A DNA stretch of 64,000 nucleotides, taken from an uncultured Spirochaetota bacterium. GTDB lineage: Bacteria > Spirochaetota > Spirochaetia > SZUA-6 > CAVTHK01. Location: NCBI GenBank assembly GCA_963734495.1, contig CAVTHK010000001.1, positions 96,001 through 160,000 of the forward strand, in the 5' to 3' direction. This document shows positions 30,061 through 40,836 of this stretch, one piece after another (the first letter of the stretch is position 1; every line of letters begins with the position of its first letter). A program made the translations under genes and the position numbers. The notes under the pieces are model-generated. The model made no database searches. It saw only the letters and a list, made by a program, of their open reading frames with translations, and was not told the DNA's origin.

Positions 30061-31056
30061 TCACGCGGGCGGCGCCGCTCCCGGCGCCGCCGGCCCCGCG
30101 CCCTCGGCGCGCAGGCGCCTGCCGAGTGTCTCGAGCATGTCGCGCGTGGTGGCGTCGAGGTCGTACTGCGGGCTCCAGCCCCATTCCACGCGCGCCGCGT
30201 AGTCCTCGAGGCTGTTCGGCCAGGAGTTGGCGAGCGCCTGGCGCACCGGGTCGATCTCGTAGCTGATCTCGAAGTGCGGGATGTAGCGGCGGATGTAGGC
30301 GGCCTGGTCCTCCGGGCAGAAGCTCATTGCCGTGATGTTGAACGCGTTGCGGTGGCGCAGCCTCGCCGGATCCGCCTCCATCAGGTCGATCGCCGCCTTG
30401 ATGGCGTCGGGCATATAGATCATGTCGAGGTAGGTGTCGCCGGAGAGAAAGCACCGGTAGTGGCCCGTGGTCAGGGCCGCGTAGTAGATGTGGACGGCGT
30501 AGTCGGTCGTGCCGCCGCCGGGTGAGGTCACGCTGGATATGATGCCGGGGTAGCGCACCCCGCGCGTGTCCACTCCGAAGCGCTTGTAGTAGTAGTCGCA
30601 GAGCATCTCGCCCGTGACCTTGCTGATGCCGTACATCGAGGTCGGCCTCTGGATCGTCGTCTGCGGGGTGAAGTCCCTGGGCGACTGCGGGCCGAACGCA
30701 GCGATCGAGCTCGGGGTAAAGACCGCGCACCCCGTCTCCCGCGCCACCTCCAGCACCGCGAGCAGGCCGTTGATGTTGACGTCCCAGGCGCGCTGCGGCT
30801 CAGCCTCGGAGGTGGCGGACAGCAGCGCCGCCAGGTGAAAGATCGTGTCGGCGCGATGCGCCCGCACGATCTCCGCGAGCCTCTTGGCGTCCCGGCTGTC
30901 CACGCGGTAGAACGGCCCGCCCTCCACGAGCTCGCCGGAAGCGTCGCCGCGGATGTCCGTGAGCGCCACGTTGTCCGCCCCGCAGCGCGCCCGCAGGGCG
31001 GGGGCGAGCTCCGAGCCGAGCTGCCCGAGGGATCCCGTGATGACGATGCGCTTCAT
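30061..31056 (-). CDS. L-threonine 3-dehydrogenase (SDR/NAD-dependent epimerase type)
   Basis: TGSLGQLG, HLAALLSA, PSSIAAFG, MYGISK, RYPGIIS, PGGGTTDYAV, NSWP. Confidence 0.88.
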   Translation of the reverse strand: MKRIVITGSLGQLGSELAPALRARCGADNVALTDIRGDASGELVEGGPFYRVDSRDAKRLAEIVRAHRADTIFHLAALLSATSEAEPQRAWDVNINGLLAVLEVARETGCAVFTPSSIAAFGPQSPRDFTPQTTIQRPTSMYGISKVTGEMLCDYYYKRFGVDTRGVRYPGIISSVTSPGGGTTDYAVHIYYAALTTGHYRCFLSGDTYLDMIYMPDAIKAAIDLMEADPARLRHRNAFNITAMSFCPEDQAAYIRRYIPHFEISYEIDPVRQALANSWPNSLEDYAARVEWGWSPQYDLDATTRDMLETLGRRLRAEGAGPAAPGAAPPA

Positions 31057-31088
31057 CGCGAAGCCTCGCGCCCGGTGCGCCGGCGCGC

Positions 31089-31159
31089 TTGACCCGGGGA
31101 GCCGGCGTACCGTATAGTGAATGCGTGTTCAGTATAGTGAACACGGCCAGCGCGGTCAA
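31089..31159. promoter_or_regulatory. Face-to-face sigma70 promoters with palindromic operator CGTGTTCA-GTATAG-TGAACACG
   Basis: Plus strand TTGACC(31089)-N18-TATAGT. Minus strand TTGACC(31159)-N17-TATACT. Perfect 8-bp inverted arms at 31124-31145. Confidence 0.75.
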
Positions 31160-31183
31160 TCGACGCCCGCGGACGAGGCGCTC

Positions 31184-31759
31184 ATGAAACCGGTCGAACC
31201 CCCGCCCATCGGAAAAAACATCCAGGCCATCCGCAAGAAACAGGCCCTGACCCTCGACATGCTGTCGGAAAAGAGCGGCGTGTCCAAGGCGATGCTGTCT
31301 CAGATCGAGAGCGGCAAGGTGAACCCGACGGTGGCGACGGTCTGGAAGATCGCCCAGGGCCTCCAGGTCGAGATCAACTCGCTGCTGGAGGGCAGCGGGG
31401 GCCCGCACCGGATCTTTACCGCGACGCCCCACGAGGACATCACGAGCCTCGACACGGACGAGGAGGGGCTGCACATCAAGGTGCTCACCCCCGTCGCGAT
31501 GGTCGAGGACCTGGAGATGTACCTGCTCACGTTCAAGCCCGCGGGGGCTCTCCGCTCCGGGCCCCACTTCCCGCGCACGGAGGAGTTTCTCACCGTGATC
31601 AAGGGCCAGGTGCGCGTGACCGCGGGCGACAACAGCTCGGACCTGCACGAGGGCGACTTCATACGCTACCACTGCGACGTGCCCCACAGCATCGAGAACG
31701 CCGGCCGCGGCGAGGCGCGGATCCACATGGTCGTACGCTTCAACAAGCAGGGGGTCTGA
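31184..31759 (+). CDS. XRE-family HTH plus cupin transcriptional regulator (SutR/PuuR-like)
   Basis: LTLDMLSEKSGVSKAMLSQIE..NPTVATVWKIA, followed by a cupin domain with H..RTEE and DVPHSIEN. Confidence 0.9.
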   Translation: MKPVEPPPIGKNIQAIRKKQALTLDMLSEKSGVSKAMLSQIESGKVNPTVATVWKIAQGLQVEINSLLEGSGGPHRIFTATPHEDITSLDTDEEGLHIKVLTPVAMVEDLEMYLLTFKPAGALRSGPHFPRTEEFLTVIKGQVRVTAGDNSSDLHEGDFIRYHCDVPHSIENAGRGEARIHMVVRFNKQGV

Positions 31760-31778
31760 CCCCGGCGGAGGAGGCAAC

Positions 31779-32753
31779 GTGGCGACCAGGCCCCTGCTCG
31801 GCGTCGCGTTCGGCGGCGGTGGGGCGCGGGGCATCGCCCACATCGGCGTGGTCAAGGCGATGCGGGCGGGCGGTCTCCTCCCGGCTGTCGTCGCGGGCAC
31901 CTCGGCGGGCTCCATCGCCGCCGCGCTCTACGCCGCGGGCCTTCCGCAGGCCGCCATCGAGCGTGCCGTCGACGGCTTCGACTGGTTCGGGCAGGTCATC
32001 GATCTGACCGACACCGTCCGCAACCTCCTGAGCAATCGGCGCGCGGGCCTCGTCTCCAACTCGCGCCTCCGCGACACGGTGAACCGCCTCGTCGACGGGC
32101 GCACGTTCGACGACCTCGCGATGGACCTTGCGGTGACCGCCACGGACGTGGAGGGGCGGAGGCGGGTCATCTTCACCTCGCGCCGCGCGGCGGCGCGGCT
32201 GCGCGTTGCCGAGCTCCGCAAGCTCATCGCGCCTGCGGAGGACTCGAAGCCCGGCATAGAGACCATCGTGATCTCGGACCTCGACGACATCGGCGAGGCC
32301 GTGCGCGCGAGCTGCGCGATTCCCGGGCTCTTCCAGCCCGTGCCGATCCGAGGGATGAGCCTGCTGGACGGCGGGCTCACCTCGCAGGTGCCGACGGACG
32401 TGGTGCGAGCGCTCGGGGCCCGCGTCACGGTGGGCGTCAGCCTGGGCATGGCTTATCTGCCTGAACATGTCAAAACGGCCTCGTCGGCGGTGGCCGGGAT
32501 GCTCGGCATGCTGGGCGTGCACCAGCTGCGCAGGAGCCTGGACCTCGCGGACCTCGGCTTCCAGATCGAAGGCATCGAGCACCGCAGCCTGCTCAAGGCC
32601 CATCAGACCGACCTGGTCGAGCTCGGCGAGCGGGACATGTCGTCCCGGATGGGCGAGCTTCGCGCGCTCGTGCGTCGCGCCGCATCGCCGGCGCGTCGGG
32701 AGCCGGCGCGTCGCATCGCCAGGGGACGCGGCAGGCCCGCGCCCCGCCGCTGA
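31779..32753 (+). CDS. Patatin-like phospholipase
   Basis: GGGGARG, GTSAG nucleophile elbow, ASCAIPGLF, DGG. Confidence 0.88.
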   Translation: MATRPLLGVAFGGGGARGIAHIGVVKAMRAGGLLPAVVAGTSAGSIAAALYAAGLPQAAIERAVDGFDWFGQVIDLTDTVRNLLSNRRAGLVSNSRLRDTVNRLVDGRTFDDLAMDLAVTATDVEGRRRVIFTSRRAAARLRVAELRKLIAPAEDSKPGIETIVISDLDDIGEAVRASCAIPGLFQPVPIRGMSLLDGGLTSQVPTDVVRALGARVTVGVSLGMAYLPEHVKTASSAVAGMLGMLGVHQLRRSLDLADLGFQIEGIEHRSLLKAHQTDLVELGERDMSSRMGELRALVRRAASPARREPARRIARGRGRPAPRR

Positions 32754-32831
32754 TCCGCAGGTAACCCCCGGCACAACTCCTCACGGCGGCGGCGCCGCGG
32801 CTCCTCGCCGCCCGCCGCGGGTTGAGCTTCT

Positions 32832-32860
32832 TTGACGAGAGGTGCACCCGGGGGTACACT
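32832..32860 (+). promoter_or_regulatory. Putative sigma70 promoter (TTGACG-N17-TACACT)
   Basis: Near-consensus hexamers about 190 nt upstream of the SBP start. Confidence 0.6.
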
Positions 32861-33051
32861 GTCGGGGCAACAAAGGGGGCGCCGCCTGCGACCGCGACGG
32901 CGCACGGCGGCTCGGAAGCCGCGTTGAGGGGCAGACACCGGGCTGCGGCGCGATGCGCTGCGACTGCGGCCTTGATGGGACCGAGCGGGAGATACGTCCC
33001 GAGAGATCGCCGACGTTGTCGGCCAACCGTACAAACAGGAGGTCACAATCG

Positions 33052-34701
33052 ATGAAGAAACTATGTGTCGCGACTCTCGTCCTGTTGCTGATGGCATCAG
33101 GAGGGCTGCTGTGGGCCACGGCCCAGCAGGAAAAGCCGGCGGCAACAGCCGGCGAGAAGCCCGCGGGCAAGGGGGCGAGCTGGATCGCCGATGGGCTCGA
33201 GCTCACGTACTGGACGCAGATGGATGCGAGGACTGCCGCCACTCGCGCCAGCCACAACGAGGTGCCTGCCTACCAGGAGGCCGAGAAGCTCACAGGCATC
33301 AAGGTCAAGTTCATTCACCCCGCTTCGGCAACGGCGAATGAGCAGTTCAACCTGATGCTGGCCTCCGGCGACCTGCCCGACATGATCCAGTGGAGCTGGC
33401 TCACGATCCCCGGAGGCCCGGAAAAGGCGATCGTCGACAAGGTCATCCTCAGGCTCAACGACCTGGTCAAGGCCAACGGGCCCGCGATCGGCGCGTTCCT
33501 GAACAACCGCCCCGACATCGGCAAGAAGATCGTCACTGACCAGGGCAGCATGTACGTCGTGCCCTTCCTCCGGCCCTGGATCAAGGACGTTTCGGAGAAG
33601 TGGCAGGGCTACTCGACGAGCGCCCACTTCCGCAAGGACTGGCTCGACGAAATGAGCCTCCCGATGCCCAAGACCATCGAGGACTGGGAGAAGACTCTCA
33701 CGGCATTCAAGGGCCGCGGTCCGAACATCATCCCGATGGCTTCGCTCCCGTCCGGCAGCCTCGGCGGGATCGACGGCCTGCGCTGGATGCTCGGCGCCTG
33801 GGGGCTGGACTACAGCGTCTACGTGGTCGACGGCAAAGTGCGCGACGGCTCGGTGCAGCCGGAGTTCAAGGAATGGCTCACGCTCATGAACCGGTGGTAC
33901 AAGAACGGGCTCCTCGACCAGGACTGGATCAGCCGCAAGTACGAGCAGGTGCGGGGTCTCGTGGTCGAAGGCCGGGTCGGCGTGTACTGGGGCCTCCTCA
34001 ACCGCGACATGGGCGGCTTTACCCCGCTCGGCAAGAAGGGCAACCCCAAGTTCAGCCTGATGGCCGCGCCGTGGCCCTATGGCAAGGACGGAAAGAGCTA
34101 CAGCTTCGACACCAGCGGCGCCAACGACTACCCTGGTACGGGGGCCGCGGTCACGACCAGCAGCAAGCACCCGGTCGAGAGCGTCAAGTGGCTGAACTTC
34201 TGGTGGACGGAGACCGGGCACAACCTGGCCAACTTCGGCATCGAGGGACTCACCTACAACTGGGTCAACGGCTACCCCAAGTACACGGACCTCATCATGA
34301 AGAACCCGGACGGGCTGTCGGTGGTGAACGCGCTCTCGAAGTACGCGCCTGACGGAGGCGGCGGACGCGCCTGGAGGCAGGACTCGCGCTATTGGGAGCA
34401 GATGATGGCGATCCCGGCGCAGTACGAATCCGGCAAGATGCTCGTCGCCACCGGGGACATGTCGCGCGTCATGCCGGCGGTCTCACCGACGGGCGATGAG
34501 TCGCGCGAGCTCGCCCAGATCCTGAACCACGTCAGCACGTACCGCGACGAGATGGTGGCCAAGTTCATCGTGGGCACCGAGCCGCTCACGAAGTTCGACG
34601 AGTTCGTGACGCGCATCAACGGCATGGGCATGCCGCGCGCCATCGCGATCCAGCAGGCTGCGCTGGACAGGTTCCAGAATCGGCCGGTCCCCAGGTTCTA
34701 G
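33052..34701 (+). CDS. LplA-like extracellular solute-binding protein (stand-alone)
   Basis: AGGAGG RBS, signal peptide, QFNLMLASGDLPD, RKDWL, PKTIEDW, NFGIEG, KFIVGTEP. Confidence 0.9.
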   Translation: MKKLCVATLVLLLMASGGLLWATAQQEKPAATAGEKPAGKGASWIADGLELTYWTQMDARTAATRASHNEVPAYQEAEKLTGIKVKFIHPASATANEQFNLMLASGDLPDMIQWSWLTIPGGPEKAIVDKVILRLNDLVKANGPAIGAFLNNRPDIGKKIVTDQGSMYVVPFLRPWIKDVSEKWQGYSTSAHFRKDWLDEMSLPMPKTIEDWEKTLTAFKGRGPNIIPMASLPSGSLGGIDGLRWMLGAWGLDYSVYVVDGKVRDGSVQPEFKEWLTLMNRWYKNGLLDQDWISRKYEQVRGLVVEGRVGVYWGLLNRDMGGFTPLGKKGNPKFSLMAAPWPYGKDGKSYSFDTSGANDYPGTGAAVTTSSKHPVESVKWLNFWWTETGHNLANFGIEGLTYNWVNGYPKYTDLIMKNPDGLSVVNALSKYAPDGGGGRAWRQDSRYWEQMMAIPAQYESGKMLVATGDMSRVMPAVSPTGDESRELAQILNHVSTYRDEMVAKFIVGTEPLTKFDEFVTRINGMGMPRAIAIQQAALDRFQNRPVPRF

Positions 34702-34721
34702 GGGCAGAAACGCCGGTTTGC

Positions 34722-34757
34722 AGAGGGGGCGCCGAGCGATCGGCGCCCCTTCTATTT
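34722..34757 (+). terminator. Rho-independent terminator of the SBP gene
   Basis: Stem GGGGCGCCGA / TCGGCGCCCC, GCGA loop, T-rich tail. Confidence 0.7.
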
Positions 34758-34794
34758 CACGACAGGATTGCGCGGCAAGACGGCGGGCTCCGCG

Positions 34795-34840
34795 AAAATA
34801 AGCGGAGGGGCGACGAATTCGCGCCGCCCCTCCTGTTTTT
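34795..34840 (-). terminator. Rho-independent terminator of the convergent ABC operon
   Basis: GGAGGGGCG...CGCCCCTCC stem with T-tracts on both strands. Confidence 0.7.
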
Positions 34841-34857
34841 GTGTTTGGGGTCGAACT

Positions 34858-35740
34858 TTATTCCTTGAGCGCTCCGACCATGACGCCCTTCACGAAATAC
34901 TTCTGAAGGAAGGGGTACAGCGCCAGGATCGGCAGCGTCGCCACGACAATGACCGCGTACTTGACGGTGTCGCGCACCATCGCCTCGTCTCCGGTCGCGA
35001 CATTCTGCACCATGAACGTCGCGTCGTTCATGATGAGGATCTCGCGGAGCACGAGCTGCAGCGGGTACAGCTCGCGCCGCCTGAGGAAGATCATGGCGTT
35101 GAACCAGGCGTTCCAGTGCCCGACGCCGTAGTATAGCACGAGAACCGCGATCGTGGGCAAGGCCAGCGGGAAGTAGATGCGGAACAGCACGACCCAGTGG
35201 CTCGCGCCGTCGATCGTCGCCGACTCCTCCATGGCGTCGGGAACGGACATGAAGGCGGTGCGCATGATGATCATGTTGAAGGTGTTGACCGCCACGGGGA
35301 GGATCAGCGCGAGGAGCGAGTTGTCGATGCCGTAGCCGCGCACCGTCAGGTAGAACGGCACGAGACCCGCCGGAAAAGAACATCGTGAAGACGATGAAGA
35401 ACATGAAGAAGTTGCGCAGCGGGACGCCCTTGCGGGACAGGAAGTAGCCGCCGAGCGCGGTCAGCAGCACGTTCAGCAGCACGCCGCCGACGACCACGAT
35501 CAGCGTGTTGCCGTAGCCGCTGAGGATGTTGGGGTTCTGGAACACCATGCCGTAGGCGCCGACCTGGAAGCCGAGGGGCCGCAGCAGCGCCCCGGTGTGG
35601 GTGATGAGCTCCTGCGGCCTGCTGAGCGAGGCGAACAGCACGTAGAGCAGGGGGTAGGCGGTCAGCAGCGACAGGCCGATCATGAGCGCAATGTTGAGGA
35701 CGTTGAACACCGACTCGCCGGTCGTGCGACGTATGGTCAT
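34858..35740 (-). CDS. Carbohydrate ABC permease (LplC-like; frameshift at ~35367)
   Basis: TMFFSGG then VPFYL in another frame (one extra G), EESATIDGA, HWNAWF, YPFLQKYFVKG. Confidence 0.82.
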
Positions 35741-35745
35741 GGGCC

Positions 35746-36682
35746 TCACCACAGGCTCTCGTCCCGCAGCCTCCGGGAGATCCAGTTGGCCGCGATCAGG
35801 AACGAGAAATTGATCACGGAGTTGAAAAGGCCCACCGCGGCGCTGAAGCTCCAGTCGAACTCCTGCAGCCCCTTGCGGTAGACGAACGAAGAGATCACGT
35901 CCGCGGTCTCGAAGATCGCCGGGTTGTAGAGGAGGATGATCTTCTCGAAGCCGACGTTCATGATGTGCCCGATCCTGAGGATCAGGATGATCACGGCCGT
36001 GGCGGCGATCCCGGGCAGGGTCACGTGCCAGGTCTGCGCGAGCGCGCGAGGCCCCGTCGATGCGGGCCGCCTCGTAGAGCTGCGGTGTCGATGCCCGACA
36101 GCGCGGCGAGGTAGATGATCGATCCCCAGCCGACCTCCTTCCAGATGTCCGAAACCACGTAGATCGGCACGAACAGCTTCGGCTTGGCGAGCATCGTCAC
36201 CGGCTGGACGCCCGTGATGCGCGGCGAGCAGCTGGCTGACGACCCCGCTGTCGGCCGTGAACTCGCGGATCAGCCCGCAGAAGACCACGAGCGACACGAA
36301 GTGCGGCATGTAGGTGATGCTCTGCACGCCGCGCGAGAACCAGCGCGAGCGCAGCTCGTTGATCAGCAGCGCCAGGATGATCGGCGCGGGAAAAGCGAAC
36401 AGCAGCGAGTTGAAGCTGATGACCAGCGTGTTGCGGAGCACGCGCCAGAAGTAGAAGCTCGTAAAGAAGTCGTTGAAGTGCGCGAGCCCCACCCACGGGC
36501 TGCCGAGCACGCCTTTGGCGGGCGAGAACTCCTTGAACGCGATGAGCGCGCCGTACATGGGCTTGTAGTGGAAGAGGACGTAGTAAACGAGCACGGGGAG
36601 GACCATGAGGTAGAGGTCCCGGTGCTTGAGAAACGCCCGCCCCCGCGGTCGGGAGCGGGCGGATTGCGCGTTCGGTGGCCAT
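35746..36682 (-). CDS. Carbohydrate ABC permease (LplB-like; several indels)
   Basis: YKPMYGALIAFK, SPWVGL, YMPHFVS, GFEKIILLYNP, DVISSFVY. Frame disrupted at ~36050-36230 and near the start. Confidence 0.8.
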
Positions 36683-36715
36683 GTCAGGCTCCGCTGGGGA
36701 GGCCGGCAGTCGCAC

Positions 36716-38298
36716 TTACTTGCGGGCGTTGTAGCGCTCGAGCGCGGCCTGCCAGATGGCCAGGGTCTTGTCGAGGCCGAGCTTGTTGATCTGGGCCACG
36801 TACTCGTCGAACTTCGAGATCGGCTCCGTGCCCATGATGAACTTGATCTGCATCTCGTCGGCGTAGGTGCGGATGTCGGTGATGCGTCTTGGCGAGCTGC
36901 GAGCTCTCCTGCGACGGTCGGCGTCACCGGGGGCAGGTTGAACTCCGGCTGCCTGTGCTTGCTCCAGTTCTTGTTGGCTTCCTTCTGCTCGGGCAGCTCG
37001 TAGTACTGCTCGAGGTAGCCGAGCATCTGGACGAACGGGCCGTTGGTGTGGCCGCGCAGGTAGTGCGACATGGCCAGCGTCGGGGCGAGCTTGTCCGGGT
37101 TCTTCATGACGAAGTCCGTGTAGGTCGGCACGCCGTTCACCATCGTGTAGCTCTTGCCTTCGATGCCGAAGTTGTAGAGCAGCATGCCTTCCTTGCTGTA
37201 GGCGTAGTCCAGGTAGCGGGCCGCGGCGGCCACGTTCTTGCTCTTGGCGCTGATCGCGCCGGTGGCGCCGTCGCCGTAGATGCTCTTGCGCGTGTAGTAC
37301 TTGGCCAGCTCGCCGCGCTTGATGGCCGGAACAGGGGCGCCGCTGACGCTCACCGAGGGATTCTTCTCCTTCATGACCTGCATGTAGCGGCCGATGTTCT
37401 GGCCCGCGGAACCCTGGGTGACGCCGCTCTTGCCGCCGGTGAAATTGGCCTCGACGGCCTTGCGGTCGGCCGTGGCGAAGTTCGAGTCCAGCAATCCCTG
37501 CTTGTACCAGCTGTTCATCGTGGCCAGGTAGTCCTTGAAGCCGGGCTGCACGATGCCGAGCTTGACCTTGCCGCCGTCGACGTAGTACTGGCCGTTGGCG
37601 TCGAAGGCCGGGGCGAAGCAGTTGACCAGCTGGTTGGTGAGCTCCCAGCTCGTCGACGAGATGAAGATCAGGGACAGCGGCGCGGTCGCGCCCTTCTTGT
37701 CCTTGAAGGCTTTGAGCGTGGTGTCCCAGTCCTCGATGACCTCGGGCATGGGCAGCTTGAGGTCGTTCAGCCAGTCCTTGCGGACGATGATCCCCGAGGT
37801 GTACAGCAGCGGGCTCGAGTTGTCCTCGCCGCGGAAGAACGGGAAGGAGTAGTACCAGCCTTCGTCGGTCTTGATCATCCGCGCCAGCTGCGGCTTGGCC
37901 GCGAGGTAGGCCTTGAGATACGGGGCCTGCTTCTCGATGACGTCGTTGAGCTTCATGATGTAGCCGTCGGCGATGGCCTTGGCCGGGCCGCCCGGCATGT
38001 CGTACCAGTTCCACTCGACGACGTCGGGGAGATCTCCCGAGGCGAGCAGGAGGTTGAAGGCTTCGCGGGCCTGTCCCACCGACGGGTGCGTGTAGGTGAC
38101 CGTGGTGTTGGTCCGCTTCTGCAGCTCCTTGGCGAACTCGGTCTCGCCCATGTTCTTGAAGATCTGGGCGAAGTTCTGGTGCAGATCCATCCACACCGTG
38201 ATGGCGGTCGGTCCGGTTGCCGCCGCCTCGGGCTGGCTTCCGGCCCAGACGGCGGCGCCGAGCGCTGCCGCGAGCAGACAGACGATGAGTCTCTTCAT
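36716..38298 (-). CDS. LplA-like extracellular solute-binding protein (frameshift at ~36900)
   Basis: Signal peptide, FNLLLASGDLPD, RKDWL, NFGIEG. The C-terminus KFIMGTEP..ALERYNARK lies in another frame. Confidence 0.85.
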
Positions 38299-38353
38299 GG
38301 GATCCTCCGTTCAGCAGTTTGTGCCAGTGTCCCACGGGACTCGACCGCCGTAA

Positions 38354-38382
38354 ACGGACAGTTTCTGCGCCCGGACGGACAG
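38354..38382 (-). promoter_or_regulatory. Direct repeat CTGTCCGT x2 at 21-bp period (candidate AraC-family binding site)
   Basis: ACGGACAG at 38354-38361 and 38375-38382, between the AraC stop codon and the SBP start. Confidence 0.6.
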
Positions 38383-38386
38383 AATC

Positions 38387-40791
38387 TTACTCGCGGTCCG
38401 GGCGGCGGCCCGGCCCGGAGGCAGCCAGGGAGGCCTTGTAGAGCCCGGGAGTCACCCCTTCGCGCTTCTTGAAGGTTCGGGTGAAGGTCTTCGAGCTCCC
38501 GTATCCGACCTCGCGGCAGATCTCCTCGATGGGGTCGTCCGGCATCTCGCGCATGAGCTCCTTGGCCCGCTCGATGCGGACCCGGTTGATGTGGTCCAGC
38601 AGCCCCTCGCCGGTCTCCTCGTGGAAGACGCGCGACAGCGTGATAGGGTTCATCTCCATCGAGCGGGCGAGCGCGCTGATGTCCAGCAGCGGGTCCGCGA
38701 ACCGGCGGGCCACCTCCTCGACGACGCGCTCCGACACCCGGCGGGCGCCCTCGCGGTGGCGGGCGCGGCTCCGGCGGGCCAGGGCCTCGCGCACCTCGGT
38801 GCAGCGGGCTTCCACCAGGGCGATCAGCTCGCGCTCGAGCTCCTGCGCGCTCTCGCAGGCCATCAGCCGCTCCACCGCGCCCGGGCCACCGCCGGCGGGA
38901 GCTTCGACGCTGCCGCTTCCGAGCTCCTGCATCGCCTTGATCATGGTGCTCACGAGATCGAACATGAGGCACCGCGCGGCCGCCGGCGACAGGACGCCGG
39001 GGGCGAAGCTGCGCGCGAACACGTCACGGATGATCGCCGCGGCGGACGAAGCGTCGCCGGTCCGCACGGCGTTGATGAGGCGCCGCTCGGTCTCGGGAGG
39101 GTAGCTGCTGCCGCCGCCGCGGACCTCGGTCACGTCCTCGAAATGGGAGATCCCCTCGATCCCGAGCAGCCGCTTGTACTCCATCGTCTGCAGCGCCTCC
39201 GACCAGGCCGTCGGGATCTCGGCCGTTCCCGCGTGGACGGCGCTCACCGCCGCCGTAAAGTGCACGCGCAACCGCTCTCCGAGCCGCGCGGCCGCGGTCG
39301 CGGCGACCGCGTCGATCTCCTCCCGCGCGCGGCCGGCCCGCGCCGGGTCCAGGCTCACGAGCACGGCGAGCAGCTCGTCCACGTCGACGGCGAAGCCCCG
39401 ATGGCTCCTCTCGGCGAGCAGCTCTTCGAAGGCCGCGGCCAGGATGAGCTGGACCTTCCTGTACTCCTCGTACGCGTCGCGGCTCCCCGCTTCGCCGGCA
39501 AAGACTTCTTCGTAGTCGACGACGTAGAGCGCGAGGACGACGAGCGAGTCGCCGGCGAAGCGGATGCCGTGGAGGTACAGCCGGTCGGAGAGCGTGTCGC
39601 CCGGCGGCAGGCCGCCCTTGAGCAGCCGGCGCAACAGGTTCTCGCGCAGCGTCCGGTCCTGCTGCGCGACGACGATGCCGTACTTCTCGCGCTCCTCCTC
39701 GGCCTGCGCCATGGCGCGCCGGATGAACCCGAACTCGTTGTCGCCGTGGGCAAAGTCGCGCCCCTGGAAGCGCTCCATCAGGGCGACGAGCTCGCCGACG
39801 GGATCGTAGTTGCGCTTGAGCGCGACGACGACGAGGAAGCCGCCGAGAAGCAGGCAGACGAGGGACCCCGCAACGGCGAGCCTGCGCGCGGCCTCGGCCT
39901 TGCGCCAGAACACTTCGCGCGGCACCGTCACGACGTACTTCCAGTCGGTGACCGTCGACACGATGCACGAGCCGATCACCGGGCCGCTGGCGCCGCGCTC
40001 GCGGATGAGCCCCTCCTGCTCCGGAAGATCCCGGTAACGGGGCGTGCGCCCCCGCGGCCTCCGCGCCGACGGACGCCGCGATCACGCGGTCGCCGCTGTC
40101 CAGCACGACGACGGTCGCGCCGTTGAGCGTCGCGATGTCGCGCGCGTCCTCGACGAACGAGCTCTTGCTGAGCGAGATGACCACGTTCGCGTCGGGATCC
40201 GCGGCGAACAGCGGCGTGGACTGCATGTAGACGATCGAGCCGCGGTCCGCGGCCGGTTCGGGCTCGAGCAGGACAAAGTCGCCCTTGCGCGCCTGCGCGA
40301 TCTCGCGGTGCCACGACGTCAAAGGAGATGCCCCGCTCGCGCAGGTAGGTTGCATGGTAGGTCCGGGCGTCCACGAGCCCCGCCGGCGAAAGGATCGAGT
40401 CGATCCGCGGCAGGTAGATGTAGAGGTCCTCGATCGAGGCGTAGAGAGCGCGGTACGTCCGGAGGTCGCGGCTCATCTCGTATATGGCGTAGCCGCCCGG
40501 CGGCGGGGGCGTGAACCCGCGCGTCAGCGCCGCGAGCCGCGGGTTGAACGCGACCTCCTGGGTCAGCCGCCACGCCGTCTCGACCTGGGCGTCCATCCGC
40601 TCGCGGATGCGCTTGAGCACGATCAGGTGGGCGTCGGTGATCTCCCGCTCGAGGATCGCGGCGGTCCGCGCCTGCGTGAGAAAGGTGACGACGAGAGGGA
40701 CGGCGAGGATCAGCAGGTAGGAGAGGAGCCAGCCGAAGAGGATGCTCTTCCGACGCGCCGAGGAAGAAAGAGCCGATGCGCACACGGGCAC
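38387..40791 (-). CDS. Membrane-anchored AraC-family regulator (frameshifts at ~40000-40040 and ~40320)
   Basis: WLLSYLLILAVP TM, sensor domain, second TM, and HTH LSRVF..TG..INRVRIERAKEL..VGY...TFTRTFKK.EGVTPG.Y. Confidence 0.8.
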
Positions 40792-40836
40792 TATAGCACG
40801 GGCGGGACCGGCGGGACTTGAGCCCCGGCGCGCCCG

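Noticed and set aside
35360..36910. Programmed ribosomal frameshifting or phase variation
   Set aside because: No slippery heptamers or long simple repeats. Indels are scattered over unrelated genes.
35746..38298. 850-aa apparent SBP-permease fusion
   Set aside because: Caused by frameshifts. The SBP C-terminus and stop (36716) and the permease ATG (36682) are present in other frames.
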